DNA from: Mytilus trossulus | Lineage: Eukaryota | Reading direction: 5' to 3' | Length of the DNA stretch: 64,000 bases | NCBI RefSeq assembly: GCF_036588685.1 | Contig: NC_086386.1 | Coordinates: 46,872,001-46,936,000, forward strand | In this document: one piece after another, positions 25,601 to 38,000 of the stretch | Layout of the letters: the number at the start of each line of letters is the position of its first letter | How positions within the stretch are numbered: position 1 is the stretch's first letter | The notes under the pieces: model-generated | What the model saw: the letters and a program-made list of their open reading frames with translations, nothing else | Told to the model about the DNA's origin: nothing | Databases searched by the model: none | Program-made: the position numbers and the translations under genes

Positions 25601-28600
25601 TTTTTAAATATTGTACTGTTGATCATTTATTATTAGTTCAACAATTGGAGTTCCAGGAAAGACCATGGGAACTATGTTTACACCAGTTCAAGTGGAAATG
25701 ATAGCTTATGAACCAGAAAGAGTTGGTGGTAAGTTAGGACAAAATAAATATGGTCTGTACTCTTTACAAAATTAGGTAAAATTGAGAATGGAAATGGGAA
25801 TGTATCAACAGACAACAGCAGAAGGTCACTAATAGGTCATCAATGCAATGAGAAACTCCTGCACCTGGAAGGCGTCCTTCAGCTGGCCATATTTAAATCT
25901 TGAAGCTTTATCCTTTGCTTTCATTGAAGTCAACACATTCAATTAATTGCTATATTTCTCTTTGTCAAATGTAAGCAGGATATGGATCTGACTTGCGCTA
26001 TTTCTATAAATTCTAAATTTTTACACAGGCATTTCTCAGTTTAACTATTCTACTGCTCTTGACTACAAACTATTTATGAACTAAGACTTGTCTTTTAAAA
26101 AGGGAGATAATTTACAACTTATTCTAGATTAACATTGATACCTTTCATATATTTAACCTTATACAACAACTTAACTTAAACTTAAAGAGGTTGCTGATTT
26201 TGGTACCTAAACTAACAAGTTATGTATGATGGAGCAAGTTTCAAGAAAAACTATTGGAGGATTAACCACCCTATATTTGTTTTCTGTCTGGAACAGGGTT
26301 GGAAGTAAATACAATTTGTTACATAGGGAGGGGGGGGGATTGCTGGGTTTTAAAAAAGTGTTGCCCACCTTGCAACCTGCTACTTTACCATGAGAAAGCC
26401 TCAAGCATATTCTTACAAGTCTAATGTCTTAGTAAATGATAATTTGTATTTTACAGTTGACCTTATACAAAAGGGAAAACATAATCCTAAGAGAACTGTT
26501 CAGATGGTATCTGACCTGACACAAGTATCCAGAGCTTGTAGTTCATTAAAAGATAAATTAGCTGTAACACAGGAATATATAGAGGATATTTTAGTAAGTA
26601 TACATATAAGTTATGGGGTTTCTGGAAAGATAGATTTGCTGCAATGTAAAAATATTTTGACAGTGTTGTAATGAATTGATGGTTCATATATATATTGATT
26701 ATAATGCAGGAATATCTAGATGATGTAAAAGGGGAGGAGGTTCAAGGAATAAATTTAGTGTGGGATATTTATAAAAGGATGCCAGATTTTTAAAGAGCTG
26801 TGGTGTTGATCTAATTTTATGAAAGTTGTGAATTTGACTAATAATAACTGAGATTTTACAGAGACGGTAACATTCCTTAATTTTAAATTAAGATTTTGAA
26901 ATATTCAGTCTAGGCTATTCTAAAATTGAATTGGGGTAGTCTGGGGGACTTTTCCCCATGTCCCCACACAGCTTAAATGAATTATTGAATGAAAAGATGT
27001 TTCAAAGCCCACTACCTCTATAAAAATGTTAACGTAAAGTGCCTTCCACTCCTCTCCCGGTAAATAAATAAATTTTTGAATGTCTCTATAGTTATAACTT
27101 TTAATATGCTCTTAAGTTACTAACTCGTGCACACAAAAGTGTGAGAAAGCAAATAATTTGTCAATCAGGCTGTAATTGTTAGTTGTCAGGCCACTAGCAG
27201 TAGGCTCTTTAAATTACTATGTGTCACTCAAGTTAAGAAATATGATAATCTTCTAAAGACAAGCCATCCATTACATATAAAGGGTTATTTTCCCAGGTGT
27301 AAAATCTCGGGATTTTAATTGAATAAGGCCCTAGGTATACCTAATATTTTAGCGGTTATTAATTCGAAAAATTTCATCAATACCTTTGCATGTACACTTT
27401 TTCATTGGGAGAATTTATTTTGACAACTTTGTTTTACCTGCTAAAAGGCAAAAAAAAAATATATGTCTGTTTCCTGCTGCCAAGGCAAATAAATCGGAGT
27501 CGGTAGGTCAGGATTTTTTTTTTGATTTTTTTTTATTTCTCCACTCCCTGTCAGATTTGCAGTCATTAATTGTCATGTTTGGTTGGGGTCCTGTACCCCA
27601 AAATGATTTAATTCCTTTAAAGAAGCTTTAATTGAATAATCCTCCCAGTGCCGACATTTTTTAAACCTTAATTGTAGCACATTTTGATTGTTTTGGCATA
27701 GTAAGATACGGATCTGGATCGGACCGGAAACAATTTTTTCAAGATTTGAATAAAAAGATCTAGGGTCGGGAGGTTTGAGTCAGGGACGGGAAACAGGAAA
27801 CAGACACATATTTTTTTTGGCCAAATATACATCCCACTTAAATAACCAGCTGTATGGTAATTTGTGCACTTTTCCGTTTGCAGTACATTTAACATTCATT
27901 AGACATTCAGCATCTGTATGGATCCAGAGAAAAGTGAAAACAATTATGTTCGAAGCAAGACGGTATATTCTGATATATATGCTTTACACCAAATAATTTG
28001 ATGATTGTTTTGACCAACTTAAATGAACTTCTTTATTAGTAGTATCTGACTAGAAAATACTTTTTGATTCTAGGCTAACAAGATTCCTGCAGACAGTAAT
28101 GTAGGAAGATTTCTAATGGATCTAATGGATAGTGTACCACAGATAGACAAAGATGAATTTGATACAATGTTAAATGCTAGCATGAAGGTAAATACAAATT
28201 TGGTAGCCAAACATGCTGCTTGTTAGGATTTTCAAAAATGCAACAGACAGTGTCTAAATATGATATAGAAATAGAAATATTTGGAATACATAACTGGAAA
28301 GGGGGATAATTCTACCAGTATGATTAGATTGAAAAAAAGTTTTTTTTTGGAAGACTAAGAATGTTTCTTAAATTATCATAATAATGGGTGGAACTAATCT
28401 ATGGAATATATAACGGATTGGTAGAATTAACATGAATTCAAACTGACATTGCTAAGAGTGTATTTGAGTTATACTTAATTAGGGTAGACAGTTTGTTCTG
28501 GCTTTTTTAGCTCACCGTTCCAAATAAATAGCAACCACCCAACAGATTAAAAAAGAGGGGCCTTCTGATCCCCATTCAATTCTGGAACAACTCTAATATT

Positions 28601-28843
28601 ATTTCAGAATCAGTACTTTATTATTTGTTTGTTCAGGGTTTTTTTTGGGTGGCAATTTGTCTCTAATTATAGACTAGAATAGAAATGACAATTTGAAATT
28701 TAAAATATCGTTTAATATTTTGACTAAATTTCTGTGACATTAATAATTTGCCTTTGATTTTGTAGGATTTATTGATGGTAGTTTATCTAGCTAACCTGAC
28801 CAAGGCACAATTAGCACTGAACGAGAAACTGCACAAACTGTAG
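22669..28843 (+). CDS. EIF3F: Eukaryotic translation initiation factor 3 subunit F (MPN domain), 8 exons, 272 aa
   Basis: Exons 22669-22777, 24103-24173, 24594-24673, 24880-25017, 25637-25728, 26457-26593, 28074-28187, 28766-28843, all GT-AG and in phase. Protein: [37 protein letters not shown]...[17 protein letters not shown]...EVIVGWYSTG...HSVLIHEYY...[10 protein letters not shown]...[22 protein letters not shown]. Confidence 0.97.
23627..23847. mobile_element. MITE with GAG...CTC TIRs, internal TTCTCC repeats, 6-bp TSD
   Basis: TIR GAGGGGGAGGACAGGGGGTA / TACCCCTGTCCTCCCTCTC; perfect ATTCTA direct repeats on both sides. Confidence 0.85.
27447..27822. mobile_element. MITE with GGC...GCC long TIRs (related element at ~43513-43718)
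   Basis: GGCAAAAAAAAAATATATGTCTGTTTCCTG / CAGGAAACAGACACATATTTTTTTTGGCC. Confidence 0.7.
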
Positions 28844-28923
28844 ACTTAAAAAACACTCTTGTGAATAGGCTGGCTGGCTATTTATTGTGACATTATGGAA
28901 TACAAACCATTAGTCTCTACTAT

Positions 28924-28929
28924 AATAAA
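28924..28929 (+). terminator. Polyadenylation signal for EIF3F
   Basis: AATAAA 80 nt after the stop codon, followed by GT-rich sequence. Confidence 0.6.
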
Positions 28930-30914
28930 TTATAAAGCTGTCTGTTTTGTTATATACTTGTAAACAAGATACTGGGATTGGTAAAGAAGACAAATTACTG
29001 TGGATATATTTATTTTCTTGGGTACCAATTTTCGTTGATTACGGAAAACTAACATGTTCATGGATATTTAATTTCGTAGTTTTGCCGAATCTACATACAA
29101 GCCTTTAGAAAATTTGGTATACTTGGAACATTTTATTTGTTGGTTTACCTGTTTCCACAAAATCCATGAAAGATGGTATCCAGCAAATAATAATGAATCC
29201 ACAGTACTGGATTGGTAAAAAAGACATATAATATGAATACACCTTATCGCTAATCCCGGCTGACCCGGCAGCTTGAACTTTTGACCCATACAACAATCAC
29301 TTTTCCATTGTGGCGTCAGATATTTTGTTTTAAAAATGACGTCAAATTTTTTTGGGAACCTGTGTGATATCTAGTAATGGCGGAAAAATAACAATAAGGT
29401 GTATTAAAATGGTTTCAATCAGCGTAACTTTTACAACATTGTGGTCCTAAATTTTTAGAAAATAATCATGGTACTCAGACTCTACTGGATTTGGTGTTCA
29501 GCTTTATATTGAGTGCAATTTTATAAACACCCTGAAATACTTATTGATACTTTGTTACCCTAGTCTATCTTTAAGAATCAGTACACATCACTTAGTTCAG
29601 ACAAGCTGGTCAATCGATATAGCCACATAACAGAAACTAACAACTAACTCTGTATTAAAAACCATCTAAAGATAGCAGGAACCACTAGAAAAGTTTCTTC
29701 CCAAGTTTTCATACTTTAATTGTTTGCTTGATCTAAAATCATGGCGTTAATAACTGATTCATACAAGGCATTGAAATGAAAAAAATTGTATGCCGCAATG
29801 CAGATGAAGCAATTAAAATCTTAACAGAAAACACTAATTACTGGCAACTTTTTGCTTATGGTATCAGATACTGACAAAACCCATAAAGTAACATTGACCT
29901 ATTAACTATGAATATGAGGTCAAGGTCATATGAAGCCTGGTAGTTTGACATGTATACCTCCCAATTATTTCATAAACCAAATATAATTATAACTATTGGT
30001 AGTATTTGAGATATGGAATGGATGGCTGATCCATGAAATAGGTTCAAATCAGGAAAACCCTGTCCTACAAACAAGTAGACCTTACAAGAAACCCAAATGT
30101 ACCAAATATATTTATCCCATTACTCATAAAAGGAAAATTCTCATGACAAGAAAAGTAGAATTATTTTTAAACCCCTTGCTGAATCATGAAATTGAACATA
30201 AGACCTAGAGATTTTATCTAAAAAAGGTATCTGCAAAGAAGGTATGAAGCATTTAGTTCTAACTACTGAAATATGAAGCTTAATACAAAAGGCAGACGAC
30301 CCCAGATTGTAATTCTTATGTTGAAATTGTTTTGGTGTTGTTGCCCTTGTTCAGATTAAATGTGTTATACAGTGGGTGACATTAGAACACTGCTCTTTTA
30401 TCCTAATAAGGATTTTTTTATTTTCATTGATGGGATAGCAGGCCTACTTGTCAATGGATTCTTTATTGTCTATGAGACCTTTGATAGAAAACTTTTATTA
30501 TACTTGTCTTGACTTCTTAATAAGAGAATGATCTATAGTACCTGTCAGAAAGTTAGTATTCACCATCCAGCCACTTCCTCATTGCAGCTGGTTTGAAATT
30601 GTACAAGGAAAACTTTTTCTTGCTTTCTATGAATAGGGAAGATAATATATTTGGTTTTGCAGGTTCATTATCTTGAGTTTTGAAGGGTAAGCTATCTAAC
30701 ATCTGCTGAGGAGCTTCTTTCAGTATGCCAATAGTTTGAAACTTTACAACACTTATTGCACAAAGAAATATTTGTCAAATTCTATTGCATTGAAAGGGAA
30801 TGATCAATTATGCTTCAGTTTAATGTGACCTCAATCAATTGATTGTCGTAACTATGGTCCAGAACCATTATTCATCTTTTTATTAATGTTTTGACTTATC
30901 ATATATTTTTTGGA

Positions 30915-33350
30915 CTGCCTTGGTTGTCTTGTGCTTGGCTTGTGTACAAGAGTTAAGTGGTTTGATCCCCAGCTGTGTTAAATCAAAGACTTTAAAATTT
31001 GTATTGCTTCTTCTCTGCTTAGCTTGGAAGCAAAAAGGAGTAAGAGACTGGTTGGAGGCTGAATTAGAATAATGCAGCTGGTAGGGTGACATGTGTCTCT
31101 ACATTCTGGTACCTTGTAGACTCGAGCAAAGACTGGTTGGAGGCTGAATTAGAATAATGCAGCTGGTAGGATGACATGTGTTTCTACATTCTGGTACCTT
31201 GTAGACTCGAGCAAAGACTGGTTGGAGTCTGAATTAGAATAATGCAGCTGGTAGGATGACATGTGTCTCTACATTCTGGTACCTTGTAGACTCGAGCAAA
31301 GACTGGTTGGAGTCTGAATTAGAATAATGCAGCTGGTAGGATGACATGTGTCTCTACATTCTGGTACCTTGTAGACTCGAGCAAAGACTGGTTGGAGGCT
31401 GAATTAGAATAATGCAGCTGGTAGGGTGACATGTGTCTCTACATTCTGGTACCTTGTAGACTAGAGCAAAGACTGGTTGGAGTCTGAATTAGAATAATGC
31501 AGCTGGTAGGGTGACATGTGTCTCTACATTCTGGTACCTTGTAGACTTGAGCAAAGACTGGTTGGAGTCTGAATTAGAATAATGCAGCTGGTAGGGTGAC
31601 ATGTGTCTCTACATTCTCGTACCTTGTAGACTCGAGCAAAGACTGGTTGGAGGCTGAATTAGAATAATGCAGCTGGTAGGATGACATGTGTCTCTACATT
31701 CTGGTACCTTGTAGACTTGAGCAAAGACTGGTTGGAGTCTGAATTAGAATAATGCAGCTGGTAGGATGACATGTGTCTCTACATTCTGGTACCTTGTAGA
31801 CTCGAGCAAAGACTGGTTGGAGGCTGAATTAGAATAATGCAGCTGGTAGGATGACATGTGTCTCTACATTCTGGTACCTTGTAGACTTGAGCAAAGACTG
31901 GTTGGAGTCTGAATTAGAATAATGCAGCTGGTAGGATGACATGTGTCTCTACATTCTGGTACCTTGTAGACTCGAGCAAAGACTGGTTGGAGGCTGAATT
32001 AGAATAATGCAGCTGGTAGGATGACATGTGTCTCTACATTCTGGTACCTTGTAGACTTGAGCAAAGACTGGTTGGAGGCTGAATTAGAATAATGCAGCTG
32101 GTAGGATGACATGTGTCTCTACATTCTGGTACCTTGTAGACTTGAGCAAAGACTGGTTGGAGGCTGAATTAGAATAATGCAGCTGGTAGGATGACATGTG
32201 TCTCTACATTCTGGTACCTTGTAGACTTGAGCAAAGACTGGTTGGAGTCTGAATTAGAATAATGCAGCTGGTAGGGTGACATGTGTCTCTACATTCTGGT
32301 ACCTTGTAGACTTGAGCAAAGACTGGTTGGAGTCTGAATTAGAATAATGCAGCTGGTAGGATGACATGTGTCTCTACATTCTGGTACCTTGTAGACTCGA
32401 GCAAAGACTGGTTGGAGGCTGAATTAGAATAATGCAGCTGGTAGGATGACATGTGTCTCTACATTCTGGTACCTTGTAGACTAGAGCAAAGACTGGTTGG
32501 AGTCTGAATTAGAATAATGCAGCTGGTAGGATGACATGTGTCTCTACATTCTGGTACCTTGTAGACTCGAGCAAAGACTGGTTGGAGGCTGAATTAGAAT
32601 AATGCAGCTGGTAGGGTGACATGTGTCTCTACATTCTGGTACCTTGTAGACTTGAGCAAAGACTGGTTGGAGTCTGAATTAGAATAATGCAGCTGGTAGG
32701 ATGACATGTGTCTCTACATTCTGGTACCTTGTAGACTCGAGCAAAGACTGGTTGGAGGCTGAATTAGAATAATGCAGCTGGTAGGGTGACATGTGTCTCT
32801 ACATTCTGGTACCTTGTAGACTTGAGCAAAGACTGGTTGGAGTCTGAATTAGAATAATGCAGCTGGTAGGATGACATGTGTCTCTACATTCTGGTACCTT
32901 GTAGACTCGAGCAAAGACTGGTTGGAGGCTGAATTAGAATAATGCAGCTGGTAGGATGACATGTGTCTCTACATTCTGGTACCTTGTAGACTTGAGCAAA
33001 GACTGGTTGGAGGCTGAATTAGAATAATGCAGCTGGTAGGGTGACATGTGTCTCTACATTCTGGTACCTTGTAGACTTGAGCAAAGACTGGTTGGAGGCT
33101 GAATTAGAATAATGCAGCTGGTAGGGTGACATGTGTCTCTACATTCTTGTACCTTGTAGACTAGAGCAAAGACTGGTTGGAGGCTGAATTAGAATAATGC
33201 AGCTGGTAGGGTGACATGTGTCTCTACATTCTTGTACCTTGTAGACTCATTAAAAATCCTGCTCAGTGTGTCGGTTTAATACAACAGACTTTATATTCAT
33301 GTTTTTGTCTTGAATTTACATTTAATTTGCAGTAAACAGTCATCCAACAT
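30915..33350 (+). mobile_element. Degenerate tRNA-derived SINE (V-domain-like) whose core is amplified into the 85-bp satellite
   Basis: A box-B-like GGTTTGATCCCC at ~30959-30970 is followed by TCAAAGACTTTAAAATTTGTATTGCTTCTTCTCTGCTTAG, leading into GAGCAAAGACTGGTTGG...AATAATG...GACATGT. A non-repeated tail resumes after 33248. It resembles bivalve V-SINEs from memory. Confidence 0.6.
31046..33248 (+). repeat. Tandem satellite, 85-bp unit, ~26 near-identical copies
   Basis: Unit GACTGGTTGGAGGCTGAATTAGAATAATGCAGCTGGTAGGGTGACATGTGTCTCTACATTCTGGTACCTTGTAGACTCGAGCAAA, starting at 31046, 31131 and so on to 33171. Confidence 0.98.
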
Positions 33351-34295
33351 CAGCATCAAATAATCTCTGTGTACCATTGGCAATTATGATGCATGTGTAA
33401 ATATTAATGATTGGTAATGTAAAATGAGATTTTTATGCATCATGATTATTGCATAACTTTCCTTTTCTATTAAACATAGCACTTTTAATAATAATACTTT
33501 AAAAGTAATTATGTACCAGTAAATACTGAAATTTTTTTATATAATCCGGGACTTTCTATCCTAACGGGAGTATTCACTTATAACAATGTCCATACAAATT
33601 ATCACAGTGATCTCGGCTGAGCTGATGTCACATGACTTTATAGCTATCATTTCACATTTACGAAGTGTTCTTCATAACTATATGTTCAGGTTAAACAAAA
33701 AATCGTTTATATGAAATTTTATACATTTTATCATTGCAAAATGTTGTTTTTTAAAAGATTTCTCAGATCGTTTTTTAAATATTGATCTTCGAACTTTGAA
33801 GTATTTGTTCGTTTAATTTTCAGTAGCCTCCATCTTGTTGGATATGGAAACCATTTTACACAACTAGGATGTTTGTTTAAAACGATACGATTCATCATTC
33901 TTTCAAAATCTTATATTTTTTGTCATCGTAAATGGCTATCAATCAGATTTTATATTAACTAATAATAATTATATAATTACAATGAACTGTGAAATAGGCA
34001 AATAACTACAAGCATCATATATCAGAGATCCGGAACTAAGTTAATTGTTGGGTGGAAGCTTTGAACAGGCGGCTTAGTAATCAGTTTAAATCAAGAGACG
34101 AGTCCAGATAGTATAGAAAGTCCCTGATATAATATATAGGATTTTATGTATTATTCATGATTACAAATTTATTCCTTAAAATTAAGCCAAAATGCATGTG
34201 GAAAGTTGGTCTCATATAAATGAGCCAATGGTACTATATTATAAGCAATAAGCAGCTCTGAAAATGTTGAATGAGAAGACGTTTTTTGTAACACT

Positions 34296-34516
34296 GAGGC
34301 TCCCACAGGGTACCCCCTCAGGTTGCAAGAGGTTGTTTTTAAGGGAAATGTACAGGTCGCAGGTCGTTTTTCCCAATACAGAGGACAGAAGTCAATCAGA
34401 GGTCGTTTTTTCCTTAATTTTAGAGGTCACAGGTAGTTTTTAGAAGGTCCTTAGGTCGGAAGTCGCCTCTAAAAAGCCCAGAGGTTGCAGGTCGTTTTTG
34501 ACCCTGTGGGAACCTC
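34296..34516. mobile_element. MITE with GAG...CTC TIRs, internal AGGTCG repeats, 6-bp TSD
   Basis: TIR GAGGCTCCCACAGGGT / ACCCTGTGGGAACCTC; perfect AACACT direct repeats on both sides. Confidence 0.85.
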
Positions 34517-35069
34517 AACACTTGCAAATGAAGATAATTTTTGAGTGTAAATATATACAACAAGCATCCTAATCATAAAAGATTTTTATTCCTTATAATA
34601 GCTAATGAAATGGCATCAGTAAAGTTAAGTGTACAGGTGTGACATGTATTATATATTGGTACAAACTTCACATATGTGTGGATTTTCAAATGATTATTAG
34701 CGACAAAAATGCTAAATAATAAAACATATCTTCAGACTAAGCAGTATTACAATACATTATATAAGTAATATTGTTGCACAAGTCCATAAGAATATTCATT
34801 AAAATCTACTTTTAATATCTGCAGTTCGTAATTGTGCAATGAAAAATGAAAATAAGCTAGATTTTTCAATACTTGGTGCTATCATTTATACTTAAAAATT
34901 AACAAGCAAACAAATAATGTGTATACTTAACTCTTGACTTTTTGAGTAGTATTAGTACATAAATTCCAAAATTTTAAATGTAAAGTAAAATGATAATATG
35001 ATTTAGCTTTAATTCAGTCAAACTGAAGATGACAAATACATTGAATGAAAATCTAGATATATTTATTCA

Positions 35070-38000
35070 TTAGTGAACAGTTTCTAAATGTTTCTGATCA
35101 AATCTGCTTTTGTAATTCTTTGCCATGTAGATGAAGTAAGTCAATGCTTCTTTTTCTATGACTGGAATACCTTTGAAATGCCTGGCTACAATCTGAGAAA
35201 GAAAAAAGAAAAAAAAGTATATTAGAACATTTTTGTACCAGCAATTTATATATTCAAAACAATAACGCTAAATGGCTATATGTGGCACTTATGTACCCTG
35301 ATCACATTTTTTTTTTAAATGTTGACACCACTGTTGCAAGAAGCAAAACACCTAATATAAAAAAGAAGATGTGGTATGATTGCCAATGAGACAACAATCC
35401 ACAAAAGACCAAAATGACACAGACATTAACAACTATAGGTCACTGTATGGCCTTCAACAATGAGCAACGCCCATACCGCATATTCAGCTATGAAAGGCCC
35501 TGATAAGACAATGTAAAACAATTCAAACGAGAAAACTAACAGCCTTATTTATGTGAAAAAATGAAGTCTAGCTTCCAATTTCTATCTTTGGAATATTGTT
35601 ATCATGACTGAATCCAAATGGAAGATATGCATTTTTTTGATTTGCTTTATATCAATAATTAATTTTAAAGTTGGAAATCTTACTGATTCCAGAAAATATC
35701 AGAATACATCTATTATGACATTTTAGTATGAATCAAATAATAATATAAACAAGAGGAAAGTGATATTCCCAACACAGAGGGCCCTACCAGAGTAAATAAG
35801 TTAATTGTGAGGCTTTTTTAACAGTATTATTACTGTTTAAAATGCCTCACAATTTGCTTATTAACTCTTTCATTTTCTCAACAACAGAAAATTGACACTA
35901 CTATTATGATTAATGTATCCATAATCTTATTAAAAGGGGTAATAAAGAAAGTTAGAGAGTGAGAACAATATTTGAACATAACTTTCAATGAACAATAATG
36001 TCCTCATACAGGACACACTTTCTAATAGTGGCAAATACTAAGGCTAGTTTCAATACCCAATCCATTGTTTTTATGAGTTAGAAAAAATTATAACTTTTAG
36101 TAGTCATCTAGGTAAGAAACTTTGAGGACTTATTTTAACTTGTTTTAAAAAAAGTATCAAAAGCCAATCTTTTTAGTTAAAATTGGAAAAATTGTATTTT
36201 AAGGTGGTACCTAACACTAAAGGGAGATAACACTGTAAAATCAGCTAAATTTTTTATTTACGTTGTGTTGTAAAAAGGATATCAAGCTTCTCAATGATCA
36301 AAATTGGTGTTTGTCAAACTGCTATATAACCAGTGTAATTTTTCTGACAAAACGGATGGTTCAAAATTTTTGAAACTTTTATATTTTTGTACAAGGATCG
36401 AAGTAAGCACTTTGACAAAATTTTATGAAAATTTAACTAGCCGAATTAATTTTAGTGAAAGTGTTGGGTACCACCTTAAACGATATAATCCTTGACAGTA
36501 ATTATCTTCTTGTTGAATCATTAACTTAAGGCCAGAAATTGCCATTGAGTTAGAATCAGTTTAAACGAAGTAAAAACATATCTGACTTGAAAAAAAAAAC
36601 ACTTTTAAAACTGGCTGCTAATAGTTACATATATGTAAAAGTAATACTTTCTTTACCCCTCGAATAGTATACATGGCTGTTTCTCTGTTTGCAGATTAAA
36701 TTATTAAAACATTTTGACCTACCAATTGCAACCCTTTTTTAAGCAGATGACAGTGTTAAACATGTTTATCTTTTTATTGTTGCATAAGCTAATGAACTTA
36801 CATCTGATAACTGTGCCTTGTTCATACCAGGTCTGGTTGGCAATTTAAAATGTCTTTTATATCTCCTTAATGTGTTCACAGGCATTTGGAAAAAGTCAAT
36901 CTACAATGGATCAGATCAGAGTTATCTCCCATACCTGACACATCATGCTAGTACAATACTGTGGATTCATTCATATTCTTTGGATACCAATTTTGGTTGA
37001 TTTCGTTGGAACAGAGGAACCACAAATTTAAATGTTCAATCTTCTAAAGGAATGCATGGAAACTTTGCCCTAACATCCAAATTAAATATCCATGAAAATG
37101 CGTTTTCCTCAACTACGAAAATTGGTACCCATGAAAATAAATGAATCTACAGTATACTACAAGTATTTATTGCCTTTCTCAGAATTTAACATGTATGTTT
37201 TTATCTTTGATGTTAGTAAGATGGAGAATAAACTTTAATTACTAATCAATTAACCCTTATAAATAAAACAACAAAAGAATGCTTTTTTGCTCTGGATAAA
37301 TTCATTTTTCATATAAAAATACAGCTCAAGGAATATCTGCAATTTGTGAAGATTCATTTATTTTTGTGGGAATCCATTTTCGTGGATATTTGATTTCAAA
37401 GTCTTGATGAAATCTGCATATAAGACTATCACTGACTATAGAAAATTTGTTACTCATTCAATATTTATTTTTTTGGTTCACCAGTATAAACAAAATGCAC
37501 ATTAATTGGTATCCTACAAACATTAAATGAATTCTGACAGAAAAATAGCATCAGTTTCCCAATCATGTACAAACAATAAGAAATCACAAAACAATTATCA
37601 GTAATAGATTTGATTTTTTTTAGTAAAGATATAAATATTTCCTTAATTATTCAATTCTTCTACATTATAGACCAACAATTAGTTTCAGAAAGTAAATCAC
37701 ACAAAGATGGTACCCACTTTCCCTGCCTGCACTTTATCCTTTTACTATAAGTTCATTTGGTACAAAAAAATAGCCAAAATTTGCTTTGGATTATAAAGCA
37801 GATTTGTTCATTTGTAAAAGTGGAAATTATCTTATTACTGAAAGGTTGTTCTAAACAAGATGTTAAATATTTGTAAGGATCAAATTGAAAAAAATCGCTT
37901 TCTAATTTAGTGTTGGATTACAGCAGTTTTAATTACTTTTTTTTAAATGTTTATATACCTCTGGGATATCCTCATCCCCATCTGGAGAACCGTTATCATC

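Noticed and set aside
27999-28049. TGATGA...CTGA in an EIF3F intron as a possible C/D snoRNA
   Set aside because: It spans only ~50 nt, has no terminal stem, overlaps the branch/acceptor region, and has no recognisable guide sequence.
31046-33248. Regular repeat array with an internal hairpin, superficially CRISPR-like
   Set aside because: The units are contiguous and near-identical with no unique spacers, there are no cas genes, and the context is eukaryotic.
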